The translations under genes and the position numbers were made by a program. Positions 26,252 through 39,683 of a stretch of DNA of 64,000 nucleotides are shown here, one piece after another. The stretch covers positions 20,026,001 to 20,090,000 of the forward strand of contig NC_043004.1 in the NCBI RefSeq assembly GCF_006345805.1. The letters run 5' to 3'. Origin of the DNA: Octopus sinensis (Eukaryota). The notes under the pieces are model-generated. The model had not been told where the DNA came from, searched no databases, and saw nothing but the letters and a program-made list of their open reading frames with translations. Numbering within the stretch: position 1 is the first letter of the stretch; every line of letters begins with the position of its first letter.

Positions 26252-26312
26252 TATATCTATCTATCTATCTTTCTATATATATATAATAAATTTCTATCTA
26301 TCTATCTATCTA

Positions 26313-26352
<40 letters not shown>

Positions 26353-27383
26353 TATATATACGCCTGTGTGAGTGTGTGTGTGTATATGTATGTCACTTAA
26401 GAACTCAGTTCGCAATGATCCACTCTACCTAAATGTATATATGTGAAATATGACTGTATGTTCCATTTTGATCAACTGCTTTATCCCAAAAGTAGCGAGA
26501 GCTTCAGTATTGCGCTTGTTTAGCAGTACTTTATTCTTGTCCTCTTTTGTTTATATCCTGTTTCAAGTAGAAGAGGCTTCCAAATGAAGGACTGTTCCTC
26601 GCTACAAAAAGTTAAATGAAATAATATCTTCAAAGTTGCGGTAGTGTGCGTCAAAGGCTAGCGATTCCAGCAGTCTTCTTTCTCTGACGACAATTTTCAG
26701 AATTGTTTTTGTAGTTGGATGTAGAATTTTACGTTTGCTAGTGTTTATCTCTATACGTCGGTCTGTTTTATAGAATAACTTCTCCTTTACTATTTCTTTC
26801 TCTTTCAGTAATTCGAGGATTCTTTCTAAGAGTTTAAAAATCTATCATAAATTCTCTTTCAGAAGAATTCATGATGTACATCTTTTATAATTTCTACAAC
26901 TTGCTTTGAAAATATTCTAAAATTCTGGAAATAATCACGAGCAAATATTTCAGTGCGCCGTTCGCTATTGGAAGCAGTATCTGTCTGACAGAATGTAAAT
27001 AGAGTTATAAAACAGCTTTTTCAGGCAGCGCAATCATTCCTAATTGGTCCCGTGATTTCAAATATTGAAGAATAATTCTCAAGAAATTCTGTACGCACCG
27101 TAATTATCGATTTCTTTTTACAAATAAAATTATCACAGTCCGATAATATTGTTGTTTATTTCGAGCACAGACGCCAGATAAATATAAAAGACAAATTATA
27201 TTTCAATAAAAGCTTCTTAATCAATAAACACAGCAAAATATTTTTGTCACAAAATATACGTCAAAGCAAAGAGCAGAAATGGATGTTAAAGTAAATTCAC
27301 TGTTTTGCTTTGTCATTTGTGTTCGGTTCAGTATGCTTTTAACTCCAATGTTTTCACTCTCTATCCCTGTCCCTTTTCCTCTC

Positions 27384-27419
<36 letters not shown>

Positions 27420-29251
27420 TTCCCTTAGTCGACTAGATTACGGTATGCACAATCCACTAGAAAAAAAACATTAATGTTACCCATATGTGATCACAACGTG
27501 CACGGTAAATTCATATTCTAGAGATTCAAAATTGTCTTTAGTGGGATAATCAATTCTTAAAGTGTAAAGAGCAATGGAGTAAACATAGGAAACGTTACAT
27601 CATTTATTTTACCCGCCCTTCAGTAAAATATAGACATGTTTTATCCCGAATGAAAAGACACAAGACTTATCATCTAGTTTTAAGTACAAAAGATTGTTTA
27701 ACAAAAATAATAGGTCAGTCACACTTGTACGAAAATGCCAGCAGTATAATGACAATAAAACACAATTGGCCAGTCTGTAGACCATTCTGCCAACTATGTA
27801 ACAACCAGTAGCAGAAAAGCAATGAGAAATGTTATATCAGTATATGAGGAGGCAGATTAAATGATGCTGATTCAACCATATATGCTCCTTTATGAATTAC
27901 AGCAGCCTTAACCTAGAAGAAACTCATGAGAGCCATTTAGGTATGATACCGGGAATCATCGAATGCTACACACTTTGCAGAAAAAGTGATGACAACTATA
28001 CACTACATGGTAGTGAATAGTTGAACAACGCCAGCAGGTTTGAGGTTAGAGAGATTGCTGACACTTTCGAAACTAGTATTTTACTGGTACTTTATTTTAT
28101 TGGCCCCCAGAGAGAAGAAGTGTAAAACTAACCTCACTGTACTTCCAATTAAGAACATAAAGTAGTTAGTCTTAAACATTAACTGATAGTTGCTTGAAAT
28201 TGAAGTTATGACTGAAGATACCTCGTTGTTATACGTTTGCATAAGCATAACCTGATATTACAGAATTCAAAGCACAGGATTATATATTAAGCAATCACAT
28301 TGTCCGTGTAAGGAAACTGAATATATTCAACGCTTATAGATTTCCAAGCATACGTGTATATGCATCTCTGAGCATGTTTATTCGGAGGTAGTGTGGGAAA
28401 TATATATGTATATTTGCATTGCATACATACATGCGTATATATATTTTATGCATGTAAATACATGTGTGTATATTTATTTATGTTTATATGCATGTGTGTG
28501 TGTGTGTGGATAAGTGAGAGTTGCCGATAACCTTGAGTTCAAAAAAGATATATGACGAAATAAATATATCGAGATTGTAAACTGATAATATGCTCTGCCG
28601 GATATTTAAAATGTGTTCTCATTGTACAACGCCTCAATCCCTGCTTAGCAACACACCAATAATATCCCTTCAAGTGTTTCAAGTTTGGAAGTATATGACA
28701 CTACCATCCTACTTCTTACAAAGCATAGAAGTGTATGTATTTATGTACCAATGTACACAACTCTAAATATATCCTATTGTATATCAATCAGAATTTCTTT
28801 AGACGTGTTTTTATGTGTCTCGGTCTTAGCTTATTTATTGTATGTTTATCAGATTGATTTCACAGTAAACTCAACAGTTTCGTATACTCTAAGACAATCA
28901 CTTTCAGTATGCACTAAACTTAAAATAAGTTAAAATGAAAATTTAAAATACAGTAAAAACACTGCCACATTTTTCTTCTGAATGTTCAAATTACAGCGGG
29001 GAAATAATCTAATATATAACGCGAAGTAGTACAACTAGAAAGATTATTCTATCACTCTGCTGCTGCTTTTTTTCCCGACCGAAACGTGGTTAGAAATTGC
29101 TGCAATGACTTTTCGTTTATCTGAGATTGTTATTTTATTTGCATGCGTATTTAATTAAATCACGAAGAATTTTCTAAAAATGCCAAACACATAGTTTTTC
29201 TATCTTTTTCTCACGCTTATTTGTATATACGTATGCATGTGTATGTATATG

Positions 29252-29447
29252 CGAGGAGTCCTGAAAAGCTCTTGTCTTTTGGTAAAAGAAAATGCAGGAA
29301 GTTCAGTTAATTATGATTTTATTCAGCATATTAACCTCTCAGCAGTACTTCAGTTTTTCTAAGCCCTGTAAAAGAACTCGGAAGGTTGAGCCTTCAGTCA
29401 GGCGTTTCGTAATATTTTTGAAGCCAGGAATTTTCAGCACCGTCTTG
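29252..29447. mobile_element. mariner-derived MITE
   Basis: Degenerate ~27-bp TIRs CGAGGAGTCCTGAAAAGCTCTTGTCTT / AAGCCAGGAATTTTCAGCACCGTCTTG; no coding capacity. Confidence 0.6.
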
Positions 29448-29462
29448 GGTATTATATGTGCG

Positions 29463-29506
<44 letters not shown>

Positions 29507-29865
29507 ATATATATTATATATATATATATATAGATATATATATATATATACACATTTTATCTTTTATCTTTTACATGCTTCAATCATTAGACTGCTGTCA
29601 TGCTGGGGTAACGCATTGAAAGATATTAGTGGAAAGATTCGACCTCAATACTTGTTCTTTTTTGTAAAGGCTGGTATTTTTTTATCGTTCTCTATTTGCC
29701 AAATCGCTAGGTTACGTGAACGTAAATACACGAAGCGTTGGTGGAGGAAATACACATACACACACAAACACACACAAATACACACACACATAAAATCACG
29801 AACACATATATATATATCAATTTGAAGATATATACATATTTTAATTGAAAATGCGAGTATTCGAG

Positions 29866-29910
<45 letters not shown>

Positions 29911-30291
29911 AAATATTTTGTAATCCAGAAGACCCAAAAGGCAGGTAAAGCCATACAAGTGCTACGGAAGGACTGCTGTTAAGCTCACGGTTCAATAATA
30001 GCATGATTTAGGGGTCTAATGTAGGTCGTGTGTGAGCGTGTATATGTTAAATAAAAAAAGATAACAAGGCCAAGGCAATTAGATATTCTTTGGATATTTA
30101 TAAATAGAGATATTTATAAATAAATAAAGACTTTCCCTCTATTCATTACTAAATCTCTTTCCTTCATCATTGTTAAAAGTGAATAAGCTAGAAAAGATCG
30201 ATCGTATTTCATAGTAATTGTCATTTTAAATAACTGAAGCTTTCTTTCTCTGTCTCTATCGCTTCGACCCTTTACCCTAGGTTAAGAGTGT

Positions 30292-30612
30292 GAATGTGCA
30301 TGGCTTAGTGGTTAGGGGAATTCGACCCACGATCGTAAGGCCATGAGTACGATTCTTGCCGCTGCGCTGTGTTCTTGAGCAAGGTACTCTACTTCACCTT
30401 GCTGTAGTCCACTCACCTGATAAAAATGAGTTGTAGCTGTAATTCAAAGAGGCCAGCCTTGTCGCATTCTGTGTGAGATAAATTTCCTTGAGAATTACAT
30501 TAACAGTGCCCATGTCTGCGGAGTACTCAGCCACTTGCTAGTTAATTTTACAAGCAGACTGTTCCGTTGATCAGATAAACAGCAACCTTGTCGTCGTAAC
30601 CAACGGAGTGCC
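30292..30612 (+). mobile_element. SINE family C
   Basis: A box TGGCTTAGTGG; body GTGTTCTTGAGCAAGGTACT; tail GGAGTACTCAGCCACTTG..GTCGTAACCAACGGAGTGCC. A second tail fragment lies at ~30700-30750. Confidence 0.75.
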
Positions 30613-30809
30613 ATTTTTTTTAAAGTGTGAAAGGAAAGGACTTGTTCCATTTCGTAAGGCATAAATCTGATGAGACCGAATCTCTCTGAGAACTAGGTTG
30701 TTGGTATGCATGTCTGTAGAGTACTCAGCCACTCGCGCGTTAATTTTATCTTGGGGTGGTAATGAAAAGTGAAGGTGACATCCAATATTTGCTGTAGTTT
30801 TTGCATTTG

Positions 30810-31270
30810 TTTTACCAATGTCTCTATGTATCTAATTTTCTTTCGATCTATGTATCTACTTTTCTTTCGATCTATGTATCTACTTTTCTTTCGATGTATG
30901 TATCAGTCTACTCTAAAGGTTCTGATAAACATTTAAAAACACATTTAAAAACAATAAAAGAACGCCACCTTCCTTTCAGTCACGGCACACTGAATCTCTC
31001 ACTTTCTCTCTTTCTCTATTACTTTCTCTCTTTCTCTATCCCTTTCTCTCTGTCCCTCCTCTCTCCCGTTTTAATTTAACAATGTGTGTATGTATCTATG
31101 TATGCACATTTTTTAAATCTATGTATCTACTTTTCTGTGGATCTACGTATCTACTCTAAAAATACTGATAAACATTTAAAAACGAAGAAAGGGCGCCATC
31201 TTCTCTCACTTTCTCTCTGTCCCTCTACTCTCTTTGGCTTTGTCACTCACTTCAACTATTCTCCTCTGCT
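30810..31270. repeat. 24-bp minisatellite (TCTATGTATCTACTTTTCTTTCGA x~3.5) plus a diverged ~200-bp tandem duplication
   Basis: Minisatellite at 30810-30900; CTGATAAACATTTAAAAAC block repeated at ~30922 and ~31167. Confidence 0.75.
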
Positions 31271-31397
31271 TAACACCTTTTATTTCTCTTCTTTTTGTAC
31301 CTCCTTCTTCAACCTTTTTACCTCTTTCTTTGAAGTAAGTGTGACCAACACCACAGGGCGGTACGTACAAAAACAAAATGTTAGCATATTAATATCA

Positions 31398-31918
<521 letters not shown>

Positions 31919-32756
31919 GGAATTATGCAGCAAATAAACATAACGGACGTGTATGAGCGAGCTCCTTGCGAAGTTGGATTAAATCTGTTATAATCGATAA
32001 ACAGGATTTATGAAGCAGCATAAATATGACAGAAAACTGGTCCCTAATGTAAATTAGATCAGGATACCTAAATATTTCTCTTATATATGAAATATAGGTG
32101 CTCACAGGCATGTTGTCGTAGAAAAACAAGTGTATGATAGTATAAACATCTAGTGATGCGACTTGCAGGTGAATTGAAGCAATACGCGAGAATGCGATGT
32201 CGCTACAGAAAAACACTACAAATAATAATCGTATATGCAATCTCATCTCTACACAAATACACATAAAAATTAATGTTTATATAATTCATACATGCACCCA
32301 TACACCTCGTACATAAACAAATTAAAAGACTCACGTGATAATAACAATAAATATAAAATGTAACACGTGTTATTTTAAATGGAAGATAAAACATATGCTC
32401 GGAAATAAAACTTCGAAAACAAATAAAGGCTAATTTTTATCTATAGGCTTGAGGCGCTTAAGATACGAAAACAAAACTTCGACAGACTAATTCTTATGAG
32501 TGGGGCTTATTCTATGCGAATTAGGTCTGGGTTAATAGCGTGTTTCCATGACCTATATATAACAACTTTATTGATTGCTTAAAAAACATCAGCTAATATA
32601 AGGCATATTAATTTGTCTAAGAAACAGCACCTGAGAATTTACACTGGATTTAAGCACGAAGAAAAAGAGGAAAAGAAGAATTAGAAAATGAATATATGTG
32701 TGTATGTGTGTGTAAGTGTGTATATGTATAAGCTTATACACACACACACACACAAT

Positions 32757-32791
<35 letters not shown>

Positions 32792-33177
32792 GATGGATTC
32801 ACTTGTCATGAATGACAAATGAGGGTTCAGTAAAATAAAGCTTTAATCATGTTCTATGGACACAAATGGAACAAGTTGATGTCTCAGTATCCTTAAGTGT
32901 TTGTGGATCATCTACTATCCGCTTATATTCAGTGGAAGGCTAGGACTGATATGGTTTCCATTAAGAGGAGCAGTGTTTTTCCATCGTGCCTTCATGCTTG
33001 CACGAAGTTGATCCCGATGTTGGAGTCGACTTTGCTGAAATCTTTGAACTGATGAGAAGCAGGACTGGCGCCAGCTCCAACATTCTGATGCATTTTTCTC
33101 AAAAAAAAAAGGAGGAATGCTACATCGTTTCAGCTATATGTGTGTGTTTGTGTGTGTGAGTAAACATATATATATAT

Positions 33178-33307
33178 ATCATCATCATAATTGTTCGACC
33201 GTGGTCGAGACAATGGAATTTACTATGTTACGCCAGACTTCACGGTCCATCATAGCATTACGGAGGTCCTGTTGCTGGATGCCTGTATCCCTGGAGATTA
33301 CATCAGA
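33178..33307 (-). mobile_element. RTE-like LINE 3' end (5'-truncated)
   Basis: Minus-strand DVISRDTGIQQQDLRNAMMDREVWRNIV, followed by a (TGA)n tail; typical RTE ORF2 C-terminus. Confidence 0.7.
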
Positions 33308-33801
33308 TGTATGTATATATGTATGTATATTACATATAGATGTATGTATATATGTATGTATATATAATGAATTAGTTTGAGGAAAACAGAGAATAGAGAA
33401 TATCCTATTTTTCACCACTGAGTAGTCATTTATGTTCTATTTTCACCTACGTAACGTTTCCGGCTCTATCAAGGTGCATCTTCTGCATATTTTAGTGCCT
33501 TTTGATGCTTCAATCTATCAAGGGCTTCATCAGAGCATTTTGATCGCTAATTTCATTTCTTCTAAATAGAAAATAATTTCAACGAGAAATAGTTAAACCA
33601 TCCGACGGAAGGTGCATAAGTTCACGAATGTTAATCAGCAGTATCAATCAGTCGCTGATTGATTATGTATCCTCATCAACCAAAAGTTTTAGAAATTTCT
33701 GGTAACTAGACTATAGATAAGTGTGTGTGTGTGTGTATATATATATATATGTTTGTGTGTGTGTAAGTACCCACCTATATATACACACATATATATATGC
33801 A

Positions 33802-33853
<52 letters not shown>

Positions 33854-33879
33854 AGGTTTGGAGATGATGTACAGATATT

Positions 33880-34044
33880 ATATATTAGAAGAAATGAGGT
33901 AATCAGATCGGATGGTTCATATTTCTAGATATTTATTTATATGATCTGAATGATATGATATATATATGTAAAAAATGTAATATATAAATGAATATCTAGA
34001 AATATGAACCATCCGATCTGATTACCTCATTTCTTCTAATATAT
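33880..34044. mobile_element. TA-flanked foldback/MITE, ~54-bp perfect arms (33880-33933 and 33991-34044)
   Basis: ATATATTAGAAGAAATGAGGTAATCAGATCGGATGGTTCATATTTCTAGATATT and its exact reverse complement. Confidence 0.8.
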
Positions 34045-34111
34045 ATATATATATAGATATATATATATATATATATATATCTATATATATATATTATATA
34101 TATATATATTA

Positions 34112-34180
<69 letters not shown>

Positions 34181-34860
34181 GTATGTATATATATATATAA
34201 CTAAAGAAATGCAACACACCGAATTTGTATTAAGAAGTATTTTTATATACTCGTGCTACTCTCTCTCTCTCTCTCTCTCTTGCCTTCATAGTTCCCCATT
34301 TTCTTTCTCTCACCCTCTCACTTCTATTCTAGCCTTTCTACTAACTACTTTTCTCTCTTTCCCGCTTGCATTCGCAGCCTTTCTCCTTCCCTCCATCCAT
34401 TTCCAATATTGTTTATATACAATAATCCATTGTACCCCAGGATAATTTCCTCAGTATTAACATCACAGGTTTTATTAGCGTCGAGCCCTTTTAACTGGTG
34501 AATAACATATTGATTTTAAGGTTCTTCCCCTACCCAGCCTCTTTTATAGACTGTTACGTATACATTTGTAAAATCCTGAGAATATTTATGACCATACCAA
34601 CTATAAACTGTCAACTCACTCTGTCCATTTATTCTTAGATTTGGTAGTTGATAAAAAAAGACTAATGAATTAAAAGTGAATCACAATCATTTACAAGCTG
34701 TGACCCTAACAAACTTCATACAGTTGTTTGAAGTGTAGTATATTCTGAGTCATATTAGTAGCAACATGGACTTTCGCCCTCTTCTTGCTTTATTAGAGAA
34801 TTTGAGTAAAATTATATTAATGTGACATATATATTATGTGTGTGTATGTATATATATATA

Positions 34861-34954
<94 letters not shown>

Positions 34955-35049
34955 AAGTTAATCCAAACAAGAAAACAAGAAAACAACAACGCAAGGATGT
35001 GGAACAAATAAAGTATTATTGGACGCTCTGGAAAGAAGGGAAGAACATA

Positions 35050-35095
<46 letters not shown>

Positions 35096-35154
35096 ATATA
35101 TATATTATATATATATATGTATACATATATATATATATGCATATATATATATAA

Positions 35155-35187
<33 letters not shown>

Positions 35188-35212
35188 CCTGTGAACTAAA
35201 CCACTATACTTC

Positions 35213-35258
<46 letters not shown>

Positions 35259-35263
35259 TATAT

Positions 35264-35352
<89 letters not shown>

Positions 35353-35356
<4 letters not shown>

Positions 35357-36581
35357 GGTTGGACAAAATAATGGAAACACTTTAAAATGTCAAAGAAATT
35401 TATTTTAATATGGGGTAGGATCGCCTTTCGCAGTAATTACACCATGAATTCTACGCAGTATGGACTCGTGCAAAATTTGAATTATTTCCAAAGGAATGTT
35501 TGTCCATTCTTCAGCTAAAACAGTCTCCAGTTCTTGTAGTGATGATGGTGGAGGATATCGACTCTTTATTTGCTTTTCTAAAATGCACCATAAATGTTAA
35601 ATAATTTTTAAACCTGGGGACTGTGGTGGCCAGATAAAATGTTCCTCGTGTCACTCAGTAATAATTTTAGCTGTGTGAATTGGTGCATTTTCTTCCTTAA
35701 AGATTGCGTTTCCTTCCGGAAACAGTTCCGCAACCATAGAATGAATTTGATCAGATAAAATGCTTAAATAGTCTTGACTATTAATTCTGCCATAAAAGAA
35801 AACCATTGGGCCGGCATATTTCCAAGATATATCCCCCCCCCACACACACACACCTTATTATCTCAGATACTCTTTTATTTATAACAGTTGAAAGAAGGCA
35901 GTCTGGGTCAACAGCTTCTTTTGGCTGTCTCCACAAGTATACTCCGCCGGTGGTCGGAAATAAGGTAACGGATGACTTGTCCGTGAAATTAACATTCTTC
36001 TACTGCGCTAGGAACTAATTCGGTAGGTTTTTACTCCACTCTAAACGCTTTGCAAAGTTTCTTTTTGAAAGTAATTGTTTTCTGATAGAAGCCCTAACGT
36101 AAAATCTGGCTTTGTACAGCTCCCGGCGATGAGATTTTGTGGAAACTCGGTTCTCGAGATGATCGTTAAGCTCTGGAGAAATTTTGAGAGCTGTACTTTT
36201 GTAATACTTTCTAACGATTCGCGTAAGAGTCCGACAGTTCCTATCTGAAAGTTTTGGCTTTCTTCCGGAGTTTTGTTTCGACGAGAAGGTTTTTCCCTCT
36301 TTCTCAAAGCATGTCACTACTTTAGAGACAGTACTTCGTGATACACCAAACACTTCGGCTGTTTTTGTTTCGCTAGCGCCTGCCATGAAAGACCGATAGA
36401 TCTGTCATTTTAATGAATTTTAATTGTCTTTTTGCTGTTGATATCTGAAAAGAAACAGCAAATTTCGCAAAACATATTAAGCAACAAACACAAAAATAAA
36501 GAAGATTTTGGTGGTATTATAGATATTTCAAAATTATGATGCTACGATGCTAGGTGTTTCCATTATTTTGTCCAACCGATG
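35353..36581 (-). mobile_element. Tc1-like transposon, both ends present, transposase decayed (~35440-36410)
   Basis: 28-bp TIRs CA(GA/TC)GGTTGGACAAAATAATGGAAACAC with TA on both sides. HTH region GASETKTAEVFGVSRSTVSKV..SGRKPKLS; IFKEENAPIHTAK; WPPQSP. Confidence 0.92.
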
Positions 36582-36590
36582 TATGTATAT

Positions 36591-36635
<45 letters not shown>

Positions 36636-37210
36636 TTGTATATATGCACGTACCATGACAGTAAAATATAAAAGATACAAAGCACAAGCAAATTGACTAA
36701 AATTCGTTAATGGATGGATATAAATATTAAACGTATGGATATAAACCAAATCTAAATTGTCTTTTTACTGTATTGTAAGCTTTTTTCTTATTTTATATCA
36801 TGATACAGAAGAACCGTGTCCGTTGTCTTAGTTGTTTGTAATTGTTTTTCCTTGGCCTGTAGTCATCACTTAACCCCGTCAGGATATCTCCCTTGCCTGC
36901 CAATCCATTCATAAAGCTTAATTTAAGTTATTCCAGTACACATCATAGCCTTCTAATGGTCATTTAGACCCTTACCATACATGAAAAGCTCTATTTGTCT
37001 TCTCCCACATACACAAACTTATGCTCATTCACTCGGTGTATACATAGAAATACTCATATCTAAATATACGTATATACGTACATAACACATATCAATAAAG
37101 ATACATGCAGGCATACACACACACACACACATACACTCGTACACACATATATATACATGTATATACATACATACTTATGTTTGTTTTTGTTTTTGTTTTT
37201 TTTGTTTTTC

Positions 37211-37251
37211 CAGTTTCAGCTCTTGAGCTGTGGCCATGCTGGGGCACCGCC
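37211..37251 (-). mobile_element. SINE family B tail fragment
   Basis: CAGTTTCAGCTCTTGAGCTGTGGCCATGCTGGGGCACCGCC matches the tail at 16530-16570. Confidence 0.6.
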
Positions 37252-37259
37252 ATTGTGGT

Positions 37260-37415
37260 GAAAGAGTACAGCAGGGATCACCACCCCCTGCCGGAGCCTC
37301 GTAGAGCTTTTAGGTGTTTTCGCTCAATAAACACACACAACGCCCGGTCTGAGAATCGAAACCGCGATCCTGCGACCGCGAGTCCGCTGCCCTAACCACT
37401 AGGCCATTGCGCCTC
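37260..37415 (-). mobile_element. tRNA-derived SINE family D, 5' half
   Basis: Minus strand GAGGCGCAATGGCCTAGTGGTTAGG..GGTTTCGATTCTC; matches the copy at 55182. Confidence 0.85.
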
Positions 37416-37931
37416 TTATATCTATACATGTATACAAACTGTCATTTTTATATATGCATTTCAACTTTTATCTGCCGAACATATACACACATATATGTAT
37501 ACATACTTACAAGGTTCTGGTGAGTCTTCTCGTTTTATATCGGTAGGTTAAATCAAAGATTTTACTTCCACACATTTTTGTTCGACTAATTTGTTAATAT
37601 GTTAACATATTACTAATGATGCCGAAAAGATTGTAATAGCAGTGTCTAGCAAATAACAATATCGTTTCATGATTATTGCCGCTTTCTTATTATCCTAATC
37701 ATTACATACTACAGGTAAACATCAATACTAACTTATCATTGCAAATAATAACCTTATGTTACGTACATTTTTGAGTCAATAAAACATTAATACCACTTTG
37801 AACATTATATACTCGTTCTACCATCCAGATATGAACTTCTCCGTTTATGGCTGCACTTGAAGATATTATATCGTGTGCTCATACTCTTTCTGAGATTAAA
37901 CTGTATGCTAAGGTTTTAATTTAATTATATA

Positions 37932-38142
37932 CAGAGTGTTCATAAATTACCTTTACAGTTTGAAGAGTTCAGAAAAAAAAGACCTCAGCAGGTTCTGTGC
38001 AACCAATAGAGGGTTCATGGAAGTGTTATAATGTTTCTAATGAAACTTTAATTGTTTGGCTGCTTTCTAATAAAATCTGCTGATTCAACCCTATTTTGCT
38101 TCTGAATTTTTCAAATTGTAAACGTAATTCATGTACACATTG
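37932..38142. mobile_element. Tc1/mariner-derived MITE, 211 bp
   Basis: ~50-bp imperfect TIRs CAGAGTGTTCATAAATTACCTTTACAGTTTGAAGAGTTCAG; TA at 37930-37931 and 38143-38144. Confidence 0.75.
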
Positions 38143-38175
38143 TACTTTGACTGATCTATCTCTTCATTCATTTAC

Positions 38176-38446
38176 CGGTTGTATTTTGATATCTGTAAAT
38201 CTCCGTTGGTTGTTCACTTCCTTGTGAAGAATTCTCAATGCAACTAAATTGTTGTGAATTGTTTGGTCTATGGAATTTAATTTTACATACTGTATTAAAA
38301 TGATGGCTCCTTGTTGTAAATGCAAAGTTAACCGTCATGAAAGTGCCTGCGTCTGTATTTGATTGAACCGTCTGAGTGAAACCATTTAATATACAAATTT
38401 CAATTACAGTTAAAATCCTCCTGAATGAAGCTGGAATGGTCTTCAT
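38176..38446 (-). CDS. Candidate coding exon of a secreted or membrane protein (unassigned)
   Basis: Only complex non-transposon ORF seen. ATG, basic plus hydrophobic N-terminus, sequons NNS/NSS/NTT, and a phase-1 donor ACCG|GTAAAT at 38176/38175. No partner exon found and no family recognised. Confidence 0.25.
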
Positions 38447-38568
38447 TGTCAGTCTTTCATATTAGAATACTTGGTGAATCGACATTTCATTTCATTCTAT
38501 CCGCAGTTGATTAATATATGTGTATGTAAGTACATATTTGTATATATATGTGTATATGAGATTATATA

Positions 38569-38618
<50 letters not shown>

Positions 38619-39614
38619 ATATATACGCAGTATATATATATATGTGTGTGTGTGTGTGTGCATTTGTGATGGTTATGTACGCACTATATATTTCGGTTTA
38701 ACTTCAGCTTTCTTTTCATCATTTTAGTTTCTTTAGCAAAGTTCTTTCGTCACATATTCTGTGACCTCTTCAATGAGTCTCTATCCCTCTTGTTCTGTTT
38801 GTGCCATTTTCTATTGCCGTGGTGTGTATTCTCATCTCTGTATCTGCTTGCGTCTGTGTGTATATGTGTGTGCTTGTGTGTGTGTCTCTGCATGAGCGTG
38901 TGCATTTGGATTTATGTTAGTACAACATTTGGATCTGTCTCCTTTTTTTTTTGTCTTCTCATTCAGTCTTTAGCTGTCAGGTTGCATGGGTGATGTTATT
39001 ATTCCAGTCCCGTGTTCTGTTGAAGTTTAGTCTGTCTACTATGTGTGTTGCCTCCGCAATCTGTCTGTGTATCGTGTCTCTTCTATATTTTGATAATATC
39101 TTAATATCTGTTATTAACCGAGCCTCCATGTTGAGCATCTTGATAGAGCGCTGACGCGCTTTTCCCCAGTTTCAGCATCCACCAATGTTCACTGATTCAC
39201 TCACCTATGTTACGTGATGTCTCCTCAATGTACATTATTCTCCTGTTTCTGCACTATCCCACAGTATATTTTATACTATAAACTACATCCCTAGTTTTAC
39301 AGTTTATCTGTGGGTTTACTCTAAGTTCTGTGCATTTGCTATCCGTTAAGGGGTTACTTTCAAATAGATATGTTCTACACATCAAATATTTTATGGTGTG
39401 CCTGAGCTTTCTACTACTTTAATCTGTAGATTCATCTTATCTAAGTTTTCCCGAATAAGATATGCTACTTCCTTTCCATGGGTAGCATCAACGAATTAAA
39501 GTAGTAGAAAGAAAGCCTATGTAAGGATAGCAAACCACTCCAAACGCACGCAATACATTCATACATAAATATATATAAGCATTAATACACTCACCTGTAT
39601 ATCTAAATATCCAC

Positions 39615-39683
<69 letters not shown>

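Noticed and set aside
26460-27200. Possible very old PLE RT on the minus strand
   Set aside because: Only vague resemblance; no diagnostic motif could be read.
32820-33110. Coding-like composition suggesting a transposase remnant
   Set aside because: No recognisable motif or TIR in any frame.
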